Below are positions 20,090 through 30,260 of a stretch of 56,544 nt of DNA, piece after piece. The stretch spans positions 1 through 56,544 of IMG/VR virus record IMGVR_UViG_3300042987_000761. The stretch is one strand, 5' to 3'. This DNA is from a virus (taxonomy: Duplodnaviria > Caudoviricetes). Position numbers and translations under genes: made by a program. Every line of letters starts with the position of its first letter. Within the stretch, counting starts at the first letter, position 1. Under the pieces are notes generated by a model that did no database searches, was not told the origin of the DNA, and saw only the letters and a program-made list of their open reading frames with translations.

Positions 20090-21004
20090 TTACACACCCG
20101 GGGTGCCGTACATTGCTCGCCAATCGGTAAAGCCAACGTCGTAACGCTCAGTCGCCTTGTAGCGCATTGAGTCAGTTTCGAAGTCACCTTCCATGGTCTT
20201 CTCCAGACGACGACGCATCAAGAGCTTCATACCCTCTGGTGCATCAGTCTGAACCCACCATGCGGTAGCCGAAGTCAAACGAGACATGACAGTCGCGCCT
20301 TCGTCCAGCAGACCGATCGATTTGATCGGGTTGACGTCGTTGTTTGCGGTGCCTGCACGTAGAACCGACTTCAGCAGCACTTCGGCTTGGAACACGTTGC
20401 CCGGAGCCACGACCAACTGCTTCGGAACTAGACGGATTTTTTTGCCGTTGTTGTCTACTGCTTGACGGATCTGGATCAGCATCTGTTCGAGCGAAGTCTG
20501 CGACAAGTTAGCCGCAGTGCTTAACAGGTTAGATGCAGTACCATTTACGATCGGATGCGAAGCCGAGTTCAGCTGCACACCATCGCCGCCCGGATACGAC
20601 GCGTTAAACGCGTAGTTCAGAACGTTTGCCGATAGCGTCTCTTTGGTTTCGACCAGCGACTGCGCCAAGTGTTTGGCGTAGGTCTGACCAATACGGATGT
20701 GATCGCCATCTTCGACCAGCACTTTGGTCAACGCGAAGGCCAAGCCATACACGTTGTACACATAGCGCTTGAGGAAGAGTACACCACCCTGCTGATACGT
20801 TACCGGAGTACCGTCAGGCAGTTGAGGTGCAGCGCCAAATCCGTACAGGACTGGCTCTTCATGGTAGTTACGTGGGATACCGGTCTGCTCGCGGAAAACA
20901 CGCGACCATTCGTCGGCACGTTGATCGTAGACACCATCGAATGCTTCGTTTAGAATAGGTTCGACGATGCTACGAAAGTCTGTACTTCTCATCGGGGCTG
21001 CCAT
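20090..21004 (-). CDS. Major capsid protein (HK97 fold)
   Basis: 304 aa; GGDGVQLNSASHP, LVVAP, GDFETDSMRYKATERY...DWRAMYGTPG. Confidence 0.88.
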   Translation of the reverse strand: MAAPMRSTDFRSIVEPILNEAFDGVYDQRADEWSRVFREQTGIPRNYHEEPVLYGFGAAPQLPDGTPVTYQQGGVLFLKRYVYNVYGLAFALTKVLVEDGDHIRIGQTYAKHLAQSLVETKETLSANVLNYAFNASYPGGDGVQLNSASHPIVNGTASNLLSTAANLSQTSLEQMLIQIRQAVDNNGKKIRLVPKQLVVAPGNVFQAEVLLKSVLRAGTANNDVNPIKSIGLLDEGATVMSRLTSATAWWVQTDAPEGMKLLMRRRLEKTMEGDFETDSMRYKATERYDVGFTDWRAMYGTPGV

Positions 21005-21018
21005 AGTTCAGACCCTCC

Positions 21019-21591
21019 TTAAATGCCAGTGTACGCTGCCGTGACCTGCGACTTGCTGATCTGGGCGCGAACGATTACATAGGAATCACCCCAAGCGTTG
21101 TCAGGGTACGGAGCAATGTTTAGGATCTGCATTTGACCCTGCACACCCGATGCCTTCAAAGTCGAAGACAGAGTGGCCTGTGAGAGACCGGTGGTCGTCG
21201 AACCCGCAGTGGTGTTCGACAAATCGGCTTCTGCACCAATCGATGACTGGGCTACAGTACCATCGGTCTGAATCTCGTAAACGATATTCGGATCTTGGTA
21301 GAAGTAGGTATTGCAAGAACCGGTTACATATGCGGTATTTGCAGGCCAGTAGTTAGAAACACGACGACGGCCAGTGGTGTCAGTCCACTCGACGCCAGAG
21401 AAAGCACCAACGAATGCGTCACCAGCCGATGCGGGTAGAATTACACCAGCAGTGTCTAGCTTCACAGGTTGGCCTTTGAGAATCGACGAGCCATAGCCCG
21501 ACGTAATACCGTCCACGATCATTGTCGCACGATCCAAACCACTCGGATGGAAGGCAGGGCGCAGACCGAACGGAGCAGAGGTAGCACTCAT
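21019..21591 (-). CDS. Capsid cement / minor head protein
   Basis: APFGLRP N-terminus, DPNIVYEIQ, GLSQATL; directly upstream of MCP. Confidence 0.75.
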   Translation of the reverse strand: MSATSAPFGLRPAFHPSGLDRATMIVDGITSGYGSSILKGQPVKLDTAGVILPASAGDAFVGAFSGVEWTDTTGRRRVSNYWPANTAYVTGSCNTYFYQDPNIVYEIQTDGTVAQSSIGAEADLSNTTAGSTTTGLSQATLSSTLKASGVQGQMQILNIAPYPDNAWGDSYVIVRAQISKSQVTAAYTGI

Positions 21592-21616
21592 ATTAACTCC
21601 TAATCAGTAATACCCG

Positions 21617-22165
21617 TCACTCAAAGTGAGGTACGGGCGCACGGTTGTCAATGCTATTCATGCCATCACCCTCGACACTGCCAAGACGCCGACCATTGTT
21701 GTCACGTACCGATTGCAGCTGCTCAACCGAAACGCGGATTTTATCCGCTTCCTCTTGAGGCGCGTAATGGTGGACTTCTGCCATAAGCTGCTGATAAATC
21801 TCCATCGGCATCTTATACAGCACCATCTCGTTACATGACACGAATCCGGCATGCTCACCTGATTTTACCTTGTACGTCTCAAAGCCGGGTAGCTCTTCGG
21901 CTTTTACTGGTTCGTATCCAAGGCGGATGCGCTTGTGGATCGGGTCGTAAGAATTAGTAGTGGAAAGCCAGCACAAATGATAGCCCGGTATTTCCGGTGG
22001 AGTGGGCAGCGCCTCTTGGATCCACTCATTGCGGAACATCTTACGACGTTCTTCGCTGCTTGCGAGTTCAGCGTCGGCACCTGTCGTTCTATCGTCTTGC
22101 ATTGCGCGAGACTCTCGGCCACCGGCGTTTAGATTCTTTTTCAGTCGTTCATCTCTCATGTTCAT
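21617..22165 (-). CDS. Conserved head-module protein
   Basis: PGYHLCWLS...RIRLGYEPV motif. Confidence 0.75.
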   Translation of the reverse strand: MNMRDERLKKNLNAGGRESRAMQDDRTTGADAELASSEERRKMFRNEWIQEALPTPPEIPGYHLCWLSTTNSYDPIHKRIRLGYEPVKAEELPGFETYKVKSGEHAGFVSCNEMVLYKMPMEIYQQLMAEVHHYAPQEEADKIRVSVEQLQSVRDNNGRRLGSVEGDGMNSIDNRAPVPHFE

Positions 22166-23151
22166 CCCCTTTGACTACGGTCATATTCAACATACTTTTT
22201 GATCATCTTCTGACGCTCTGCGGGGTCATCCCACATACCAGCTTCTTTGATGGCCCGGACTCTCTCAGGTGAAAGTCTAATCTCATTGGCCTTCGAACTA
22301 CTTGAAGCTTCGCGTCCAGAACTGGTCTGTATGCTGCGAGGTGTACGATTGTTCGACGAACGATCTGACTGACCACGATTATACCTGTGTGGTAAATACT
22401 TTGTCAAGCGTTCGTCGAGTTCCTCCCAGTAGTCATCGGTAGTCGGATCCCACCCTTCGGACGACAAAATCTCGTCGATCTTGACGGCGACGGCAGAATC
22501 GGCATCCTTCCCCTCGGGGTCGTACCAACTATTTCGCTCCATCCAAGCGGCGGCTTTGCGTTGCATCCGGACGTCCGGCGCTTTAGGCACCCCTTGCTGG
22601 TCCTGAGCGGTCGCCGCCCGACGCTTGATCTGCTCCAGTGCTTCGACCTGCCTCCGAGCTTCGTACCAGTCCTCTTGAGCTTGGACCAGCCGGGCACCAT
22701 CTCGGGCGTCCGAAGCCTCGGCGATCTTAATCTTGGCGAATTTGAGCTTTAGATGCGCGTCCTCGATGGCCTTTTCCATCCGAGCGAGGTCTGCACCCGC
22801 CGACTTTTTCTCCAGAGCCGCCAACCGCTCGGCCATAGCTTCATTTTGCCGCTTCAGCGAATCGATGAGGTGGTTAGACTCGCGAGCCTTCTCACGTTGA
22901 ATCTGCTTTTTGAGCTTCCTCTCCTCTCGCCGCGCAACCCGAATCGCTTCTCGCTCCTCTTCAGTACGCCCCGAAGCCTGTGCTTCAGCCTCATCAGCCT
23001 CCGCATGAGCAGCGTCGTCGTTATCTTCCGACCTCTCATTTGAGGCCTCCTTGTCATCGATGATTACCTCGGGGTCACCCTCGATTTTGACCACCGCAGA
23101 CCCATCCGGATCCTCGGCTACCTGCATCTCTAACTTATCAGTCGCGTTCAT
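22162..23151 (-). CDS. Capsid scaffolding protein
   Basis: Acidic N-terminus, long coiled coil, W..RNSW, YWEELDERL. Confidence 0.7.
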   Translation of the reverse strand: MNATDKLEMQVAEDPDGSAVVKIEGDPEVIIDDKEASNERSEDNDDAAHAEADEAEAQASGRTEEEREAIRVARREERKLKKQIQREKARESNHLIDSLKRQNEAMAERLAALEKKSAGADLARMEKAIEDAHLKLKFAKIKIAEASDARDGARLVQAQEDWYEARRQVEALEQIKRRAATAQDQQGVPKAPDVRMQRKAAAWMERNSWYDPEGKDADSAVAVKIDEILSSEGWDPTTDDYWEELDERLTKYLPHRYNRGQSDRSSNNRTPRSIQTSSGREASSSSKANEIRLSPERVRAIKEAGMWDDPAERQKMIKKYVEYDRSQRG

Positions 23152-23161
23152 GTGAATCCTC

Positions 23162-23587
23162 TCATAGAAACGCTTTAACCTTCAACGGGTCACCAGTGAC
23201 TTTAGCAATCACCTCGTGGTCGTTGAAGATACTAAATAGTGCCACCTCGTCATCATTCATTGGCACCTCCCATCGATCGCCGCCCCATTTGGGCATCCGA
23301 ACGAAATCCCCGACATCGACCCAATTACCCTCGGGCCAAGGTTCGAGCGTATCGCGTTTCTTGAAAGCCAGTGGTCCCACCGCGATGACCTTCGCCACCT
23401 GATTGTTCCACTTTTCGGTTTCTTTAGTTTCCTCCACCAATACGATTCCGGATTTGGTCGTCGTACGCGGAGTCTGTCTCCACTGAACCAAAATGCGGCC
23501 ACCTACTGGTAATGCACCGGGATCTACCTCAGGAAATGCTTCCTTTAACGCTGCTTCATGCGAAGCTACCGGTTCTTCAATCATCAT
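23162..23587 (-). CDS. groES: GroES-like co-chaperonin (Cpn10)
   Basis: PVGGRILV, TKSGIVL, KVIAVGP, VGDFV, KWGG, IFNDHEVIA. Confidence 0.85.
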   Translation of the reverse strand: MMIEEPVASHEAALKEAFPEVDPGALPVGGRILVQWRQTPRTTTKSGIVLVEETKETEKWNNQVAKVIAVGPLAFKKRDTLEPWPEGNWVDVGDFVRMPKWGGDRWEVPMNDDEVALFSIFNDHEVIAKVTGDPLKVKAFL

Positions 23588-23762
23588 TATCCTTTTCTTC
23601 CAAAAGGTCATTTATAATATCCAAAGCCATCTGTAGACCTTGGCGCTGTCCTACCAAATTACGGTAGGAATCATAAGAGGACGCTACTCCGTCCCCCAAT
23701 GAATTCGTGATCTCATTCCGTCGCTTTTCGATCAAAGCGATCAGCTGGCCGACTTCGACCAT
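23577..23762 (-). CDS. Small conserved head-module protein
   Basis: YDSYRNLVGQRQGL motif, typical upstream of phage groES. Confidence 0.75.
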   Translation of the reverse strand: MVEVGQLIALIEKRRNEITNSLGDGVASSYDSYRNLVGQRQGLQMALDIINDLLEEKDNDD

Positions 23763-23765
23763 AAA

Positions 23766-23906
23766 TCAGTAATTAATAGGGCGCGATGGCGCCGGACCCG
23801 GAATGCCACCCGCTGGCACTTTGGTGCCGGTAGATGGAACATCCTGAGCCAGTCGTTTGTGCTGCGGCACTGCTGCCGACTGCTGGGCTTGATCGGTATT
23901 AGCCAT
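23766..23906 (-). CDS. 46-aa ORF below track threshold (MANTDQAQQSAAVPQHKRLAQ...)
   Basis: ATG at 23906 after AGGAGG; fills the gap after the portal gene. Confidence 0.65.
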   Translation of the reverse strand: MANTDQAQQSAAVPQHKRLAQDVPSTGTKVPAGGIPGPAPSRPINY

Positions 23907-26397
23907 TTAAACCTCCTAGGGTGGATTGTGCCTCTTTCAAGGCGGTGATAGCAGTTTTTTCCTGCTCATGCTTTAAAACATCTGCGTCATGCGAAAGCTC
24001 CGCAGTCTTGATGCGCTCATCGGTCAGATTATCTGCCGCATCCATCGCGACACGAATCTGCTGATCCTTGACACGCAACAATGCATCGGTATCTGCTTTC
24101 TCTTCCATTATCTGCAGTTCTTTTGCATCACGCATAGTCTTGCGTTGAGTCTCAGCCAGTGATGTCTCTTTGTAGACCTGTGACGCAGGGTCAAGCGGTG
24201 GTTGTGGTGCGTACGTTGCCGCGATTTGAGCCATCTGCTGCAATACCGGCATCAGCCTTGCGAATGCTTGCTGTGCATCCATGTTCACCAACTGCGAACC
24301 GAGACCAAATAACTTATCCACTTGATCGGTGATTTCCGGCATATCATAATCTTTAACCGGCGATCCTAGTGCTCCTTCCACATACTGACGCATACGATTA
24401 GAGTACCAAAGCACCAAATGCTGCTTTATGTGTTCCATCGCGCTGGGTGTGAACGATGGTGCAATCAATGGATTCGACCCGTAGATCGGGTTCATTGCAT
24501 AATCGAGGTGTGTCTGCAGATGCGCGAGGTGATTTTGATGCGGGTACGCAAACGCTCGACGGCCAAGTGACATTGCGACATTTTCTTCAGCGGCATTTAG
24601 CTCTTCCGGCTCCGGCAAGTTCGGCATCAATTCTTTGATATTTGGAACTTTCAACTGCTTCAGTGACCGCGTGACGATCGCCGTCGGGTCCATCACACCC
24701 GGATACGCTTTGTCCAGCTGGATGATCGCCATATTCTGCGCCATCCGTTGAGTTTCCGAGAATATGTGCGGATCCGACACCGGAATCACGTCGGTATTGC
24801 GTACGAAATCCTCGCGGCGAATAGGTAATTCGGCCACCAAATCGCCCTTGCGCATATCCTCCAGATACCAGCGATTGATGCGTCCAAGTACTTTCAGTAG
24901 CCTCGATTGCGATGCATGCAGACGTGCGTGAATCGATGAGAATACGTGTGCACCCTGTTCAATCAACGCTTGCGTAGTGCCAACTGGCGCATTTGAGTTC
25001 ACATCCGCGATCTTCTCTTCCGACGTCGTTACAACGCCCTTCGCGGCATCGGTGAGCCACCCGAGTAACTGGAAAAGTATCGGCGATGGCGGGTTAAACG
25101 GCATCGGCATCGCAATCTTGCGAATATCATCGACACCCGGCGCACCCTCGATTTCGGTCACTTGGGTGACTTCGACCTGCTGCGACTGACCAGAGATTCG
25201 TGCGCCTTTAAGCTTAAGCATGGTTGCGGCGTTCGAAATATGCGCCGAATCCATCAATGCACGTAGCGAACCGGTTAACGCTGCCGATAACCCGCCGATC
25301 AAATGCGGCAGACCGATCGCGAGTGCTCCACGCCACGGGATGAATTTGAATTCGACGATCCAGTCCAGCTTGGTCATCGTCTCGTCTTCTTCTTCCCAGT
25401 TCCGATATAAGCCCACCACCGTGCGATCGACCTCATCGATCATCATGATGTATGGCGCGGATTCGCCTTTCGAATATTTGTCGTCCTCTTCTTCTAGGTG
25501 TACATATACATGGTAGACCGTACGCACCCCGTCGATATTCTCATCGGCATTCTTGCCCTCGATCTTGCGGTTCGCTTTTTCCGGAGGCGTCGGATCAGGG
25601 TCCTCGGTAGCACGAATTACCGACACATCGCGATAAAGGCCCGACGACACGCGACGCTCGAATTCTTGCTGTGTGATGTGATGCGCTTCAGCCGCCCGTT
25701 GCGCGGTATAAAAATTTGCCGCCGAGAATGGTATGATCATGTTGTCGATCGGAATGAATTCGGCACAAGGGCGCTTCTTCTGATCGTCATACCACAGCTT
25801 CATGTATTGCGAGCCACCGAGCGGCAACTGAGTGAGCATCTGCTCCATCTCGTCGCGGAATTCCTCGATCTGCTCGGTCAACTGCCAATTCATGTAATCG
25901 CGTTTACGTTCGGCGACTTCAGTCTTATCTTCAGTGGCCTCGCCCATCACCTGCGTCCGCACCGGACCATCTGGTGGAAACAGTTCTTTAATGGCGCGAG
26001 ACATGAAATCGATACACGCTTCGGCCATCACTGGGTGCACGACCTTGCTCGCGCCTTGGAAATTCGCACCACCCGGCGCGTCGTTACCTAGACCAGTGCG
26101 TCGAATGCCTTCCTCGTACTGCTCGTCGCGCTTCTTACGTGCCTCTTTGTCCTTCTCGATCAGATTCAGGTATTTCAATGCCATGCCGGATAACTTGCTC
26201 TCCGACATCTTCTCGGCCATATTCGAATAAAAGTCTTCATTCTCGTCTGGACCGCCTAGCTCCATCTTGACGATAGCCGAACCGTCGGGTAGTTCCTCGA
26301 CCTCGGACTCTTCCATATCGAATTCGACGAGCATGCCCTCTTCGTCTTCGGGACCTGCAGCCATCTCCGGTGGCAAAGCGGGTAGTAACTCGTCCAT
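23899..26397 (-). CDS. Portal protein
   Basis: 832 aa; GASKVVHPVMAEA, LPLGGSQYMK, APVGTTQALIEQG, PVSDPHIFS. Confidence 0.88.
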   Translation of the reverse strand: MDELLPALPPEMAAGPEDEEGMLVEFDMEESEVEELPDGSAIVKMELGGPDENEDFYSNMAEKMSESKLSGMALKYLNLIEKDKEARKKRDEQYEEGIRRTGLGNDAPGGANFQGASKVVHPVMAEACIDFMSRAIKELFPPDGPVRTQVMGEATEDKTEVAERKRDYMNWQLTEQIEEFRDEMEQMLTQLPLGGSQYMKLWYDDQKKRPCAEFIPIDNMIIPFSAANFYTAQRAAEAHHITQQEFERRVSSGLYRDVSVIRATEDPDPTPPEKANRKIEGKNADENIDGVRTVYHVYVHLEEEDDKYSKGESAPYIMMIDEVDRTVVGLYRNWEEEDETMTKLDWIVEFKFIPWRGALAIGLPHLIGGLSAALTGSLRALMDSAHISNAATMLKLKGARISGQSQQVEVTQVTEIEGAPGVDDIRKIAMPMPFNPPSPILFQLLGWLTDAAKGVVTTSEEKIADVNSNAPVGTTQALIEQGAHVFSSIHARLHASQSRLLKVLGRINRWYLEDMRKGDLVAELPIRREDFVRNTDVIPVSDPHIFSETQRMAQNMAIIQLDKAYPGVMDPTAIVTRSLKQLKVPNIKELMPNLPEPEELNAAEENVAMSLGRRAFAYPHQNHLAHLQTHLDYAMNPIYGSNPLIAPSFTPSAMEHIKQHLVLWYSNRMRQYVEGALGSPVKDYDMPEITDQVDKLFGLGSQLVNMDAQQAFARLMPVLQQMAQIAATYAPQPPLDPASQVYKETSLAETQRKTMRDAKELQIMEEKADTDALLRVKDQQIRVAMDAADNLTDERIKTAELSHDADVLKHEQEKTAITALKEAQSTLGGLNG

Positions 26398-26417
26398 AAT
26401 CGTCCTTATCGTGTGTA

Positions 26418-26639
26418 TTATTTGTCTACTTTGGCGTCTAGACGATCAAAGATTTTATTCAGCATATCTTTGATGTCGCGCATATCTTCGCGATAATCGT
26501 CGCGATTCACATATTGGTGCGGCATCGAACGTACATCATTATCTAGCTTTTCCAGCGAGCGGTGGATGTTGTTTAGAATCCATCCTCCGAATGCACTGGC
26601 GATCGCCACCGCTATGTTAAAAAACACTTGCATATCCAT
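26418..26639 (-). CDS. Small membrane protein (holin-like)
   Basis: N-terminal TM followed by YVNRDDY coiled coil. Confidence 0.65.
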   Translation of the reverse strand: MDMQVFFNIAVAIASAFGGWILNNIHRSLEKLDNDVRSMPHQYVNRDDYREDMRDIKDMLNKIFDRLDAKVDK

Positions 26640-26641
26640 TA

Positions 26642-28654
26642 TTATCGTCCGAAATAAATAGCTCGCAATGAATCTACCGAGCCGCCCTCTGCAAACTCGG
26701 GCGGTGTGTAATTTTTAATAGTGTCCACCAATGATCGTTCTTTGCCGCTCAGTATTGATTCATAAATAGTGCCTAAATTTTTGACATACTCCGCCATATA
26801 GGGTTCGCTAAGATTATCATAATCCATACCATGCTCTTTAGCTATCTGTCGAAGTTCCGAACTCCGCATTAATTTTCCACCCACATCATACAGATCAGTA
26901 TGTCCGATATCTCCGATTTCTGGGTGCCACTCGCCACGGCGTATGAAATCAGCGATGTAGGGCTGGTAATCTTCAACCGGACGCGCGTTCTGCTTACCCT
27001 TGATCTGAGTTATTTTAGCAGGCCCATCGCTTATCTTTTTCACGAATCCAAGTGCATACTGTTTAACTGGGCCTTCGGCGTTTTCTGCTAACCATTTGTA
27101 ATAATCTTCTATTTTTGCTTCACTACCTACTTCTCTGTACATTCTGTCTTCAAGAGGCGTGTTTGTTCCGACAAGTTCGTCGAGTATGTCATAATCATAC
27201 TTAGTGGGAACGTTCGGTTGTAACACTTCGACCGTTGCGTGTGGCCGACCTTTGTCGTCGATCAGCGAATACACCTTGGCGCGACCGCTCTTGATCGCCT
27301 CCCAGCCACCATGACCATACGACTCAGACCCCGAAGTACCCGAAGCTTCTACCCAGTCAGGGTGACCTTTTGGTGGTTCGTATCCGCGTACTGAATGACC
27401 CATGGCGTCTGACTCCGCTGCAAATGCGCCCGGTTTATTAAGCTCGACCCACTTGTAACCAGTCTTGTACTCTTTGTGCACCGGCAGACCCGAGCGGAAT
27501 GCGGCCTTCTCCGCGTCCATCTTGGCGGCAAGTTCTTGGTCGTACTGGTGGGTGCGACGCACCGCCTGTTCCATCGAAATCTTCGACACTTGCTCGGGTC
27601 GAATGCGACCGGCAGCAAGGTCCTCACGCAGGACGTCAACGATATGCTCAAAGCCCATATTTCGGGTACCCGGAGCATAAACATTCGTGCCCTCAGGTAG
27701 CTTCGCCATCCAGTCGGGCATTTTATTACCAGCTAATTCAAATGCTTCAGCAGTCTCCGGATGTCCAGCCACATAGGGTTCACCGACCGCGTAGTCAGCG
27801 ACATTCTCGTACCTGCGAGCCTCGTCTGACACGCCCATACCCCACGTCGGAAACCCGGCTGAATCTCTCAGCTTCCGCTGGTATGCACTTGAAGCGGCAT
27901 ACAGAGGATCGAATTGCCTGTGCACGATCCCTTCCTCGGCCAACAGTCGTACCGGGTCTTCAGGCGTTCCCATGTCGCGCTTGATGTACTTCGCGAGCGG
28001 GCCTTGGACCCAATTCTTGATCGCGACCTCATTTTTGAGTTCATTTATTGCATTTTCGAACCCCGCACGATCGGTGAATGACTCTGGTGCACCTGCAAGA
28101 GTAGTCTCAAGCTGCGCCAGTGTGCCTTCGGGATTTTGACGACGGTAAAACCGACTAAGTTCTTCGCGCAATCCGGTGTCAATTGTCTGTGACCCGCGAG
28201 TGCGCATCACGTGTGGTGCACCGAGCGCCGATGCTTTTGCGAATTCGGTCGCGCCATGCTTGATGGCACCGGGGATTGCGGCTACTGCTTTAAGTGGAGC
28301 CGTCGCCACGCGGCTGGGTAGTGGTGCGAATTGGCCGAGAGTACCCATGACTTTCGCCTCTTGGCTCGGACCCGCTGACGGCAAAACGCGGTTGAAATAC
28401 TCATAGCCGTACGGAATGTCGGACCCGCCCAACTGCTTGACGCGCAGCAGATTCAGGATGTCGGCGGGTGCTCCAAGCGTTCCAGCCGTCGATCCGCGCA
28501 GGAATCCGGCTCCAGCATCCATCAGCGCTCGCATAGGCTCGGAGATAGTCTCCGTGAGCCGGGAAGCGGCCTCCGAGATGCTGGTGGGCGCTGGGCGCTG
28601 CTGACCCGCATAACGCCCGAAGTAGACCTCGCGGAGCTTATCGGTATCGGCCAT
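26642..28654 (-). CDS. Large putative injected protein with PcfJ-like domain
   Basis: ESDAMGHSV...YSLIDDKGRPHATVEV...QIKGKQN; C-terminal FAEGG. Confidence 0.65.
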   Translation of the reverse strand: MADTDKLREVYFGRYAGQQRPAPTSISEAASRLTETISEPMRALMDAGAGFLRGSTAGTLGAPADILNLLRVKQLGGSDIPYGYEYFNRVLPSAGPSQEAKVMGTLGQFAPLPSRVATAPLKAVAAIPGAIKHGATEFAKASALGAPHVMRTRGSQTIDTGLREELSRFYRRQNPEGTLAQLETTLAGAPESFTDRAGFENAINELKNEVAIKNWVQGPLAKYIKRDMGTPEDPVRLLAEEGIVHRQFDPLYAASSAYQRKLRDSAGFPTWGMGVSDEARRYENVADYAVGEPYVAGHPETAEAFELAGNKMPDWMAKLPEGTNVYAPGTRNMGFEHIVDVLREDLAAGRIRPEQVSKISMEQAVRRTHQYDQELAAKMDAEKAAFRSGLPVHKEYKTGYKWVELNKPGAFAAESDAMGHSVRGYEPPKGHPDWVEASGTSGSESYGHGGWEAIKSGRAKVYSLIDDKGRPHATVEVLQPNVPTKYDYDILDELVGTNTPLEDRMYREVGSEAKIEDYYKWLAENAEGPVKQYALGFVKKISDGPAKITQIKGKQNARPVEDYQPYIADFIRRGEWHPEIGDIGHTDLYDVGGKLMRSSELRQIAKEHGMDYDNLSEPYMAEYVKNLGTIYESILSGKERSLVDTIKNYTPPEFAEGGSVDSLRAIYFGR

Positions 28655-30258
28655 TATTTCACTCCGTAACGACTCATTGCATACATCAACGATGCGCCGG
28701 GATCAAATGCCGGAACGTCAACCGATCCACCACCAGCAAAACCGGGTAGTGACTGGCCCTGACCCTCGAGAATCTCTTGCCGGGCCTCAGGTGAAATCTT
28801 GATCTTGTGATAGGCGGTAGCGGGACCTTCTGCGGCTTCATAGGTCACTGGCTCTACACTCACGCCGGGTATTCTTTGCAGCGGCTCGATACCGTGACGC
28901 ACGACTTCTTGATCGTAGATCGGCGCGAATGACTCTTGAGTGTAACTGGGTCTGATATGCGCGATGGTTCGAGCGGTCGGCATGTAAATGGTGTCATGGC
29001 CTTGCTCTAGCGCATGTTGAACCGCTGCCTTAAATGCGGTGGCATGCGGCTGATGCAAAATTCCCGCCGCCGGAGCTATTTTGTTCGCATCGGATTGTAA
29101 CTCTTCGATCAAGAATGAATTCGGATCCATGCGAATGTCGCTATCGTCCGGCATTCTCATACGTGCTCCGCCTCCGGTACCACGAAAATGAGAAGTCAGC
29201 GGCTCATCCGATTCTGGGTAATGACGGTAGCTGGCTGGCGCATCAGGATGCGACACACCTTTTTCAACATACGCGCCAACGGTATCGGGGTCGTAAGTAT
29301 CCGCAAGTAGTCGCTGATAGTCGCGATGTGAATAATCGCCGGGCAGAGCATGGTCTGCATAATACGTTCGCAGGTATTCGAGGTTAGTGTCGAAAAGGTC
29401 GGTATGGAATTCCTCAAACCATGTACCCAATTTACCTGCGTTAACATTACCGTTTGACATCAATATGCCGCTTTTTTCCAAAGTAGCACGAGTCTCAGGC
29501 GATATTTGGCTTAGAGCTTCCTGAACAACCGGTTTTGTTAAATCGGAATACCCGTAAATCATATCGAGGGCATGGGATGCGTGAGGATCGTCAGCTACGC
29601 CTATATATTCCGCAAATTTTTCCCACAATTCGGGGTCATTCCCAGTCATGTATTCCGCTTCATTTTCCAAGTGAGCCATGGCGTCATCCGCCGCACCCTT
29701 CAAATCGACGATGTTGTATTTTGAAGGCTCGAATGCGTTCTCGACGTAATCCTTGGTGACCACCGCGTTCTGGTCCATCTTCTTAAGCGAGGCGAGTGCA
29801 CCCTCTTTGCCTTCCTTGGTCAGGCCCTTCATGCCGTTGATCTGCTTGATGAAATCACCGACCTTCTGCTTTTCTGGACCTTTAAGATGAGAGGCCAATA
29901 CCGATGGCCGCAGATTCAAATTTCCGACGGGTTTGACCACCATGCCGATCGGCATATTCTTAGTGGCGCGTATTAGTGGACCGGCGGCAGGTGCAAGATT
30001 GAGCGCACCCTCGATCGCGCCTTTGGTGTCGGGGGTTAGCTGCCGCGCAGTGCCGGTGCCATAGGTGAGTGGTGAGCCGTAGTTGATATTCTCGACCGTG
30101 CGAGTGAGCGCCGGTATCTGCAGCAGATCGGAAATCATCGCCGCTGGCGGATTTTCGTAACCGAAAGGCTTTCGTGCGAATTCGTCGGCCTTCGATACTG
30201 CACGGCCTAATGCACCAAGCAGCGGGTATTGTTCAGCACGTGCGGTAAATTCGGCCAT
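28654..30258 (-). CDS. Large putative injected protein (polyvalent-protein-type domain)
   Basis: H.R...FLIEELQSD...A.EQGHDTI...YDQ; C-terminal FAGGG. Confidence 0.6.
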   Translation of the reverse strand: MAEFTARAEQYPLLGALGRAVSKADEFARKPFGYENPPAAMISDLLQIPALTRTVENINYGSPLTYGTGTARQLTPDTKGAIEGALNLAPAAGPLIRATKNMPIGMVVKPVGNLNLRPSVLASHLKGPEKQKVGDFIKQINGMKGLTKEGKEGALASLKKMDQNAVVTKDYVENAFEPSKYNIVDLKGAADDAMAHLENEAEYMTGNDPELWEKFAEYIGVADDPHASHALDMIYGYSDLTKPVVQEALSQISPETRATLEKSGILMSNGNVNAGKLGTWFEEFHTDLFDTNLEYLRTYYADHALPGDYSHRDYQRLLADTYDPDTVGAYVEKGVSHPDAPASYRHYPESDEPLTSHFRGTGGGARMRMPDDSDIRMDPNSFLIEELQSDANKIAPAAGILHQPHATAFKAAVQHALEQGHDTIYMPTARTIAHIRPSYTQESFAPIYDQEVVRHGIEPLQRIPGVSVEPVTYEAAEGPATAYHKIKISPEARQEILEGQGQSLPGFAGGGSVDVPAFDPGASLMYAMSRYGVK

Positions 30259-30260
30259 GA

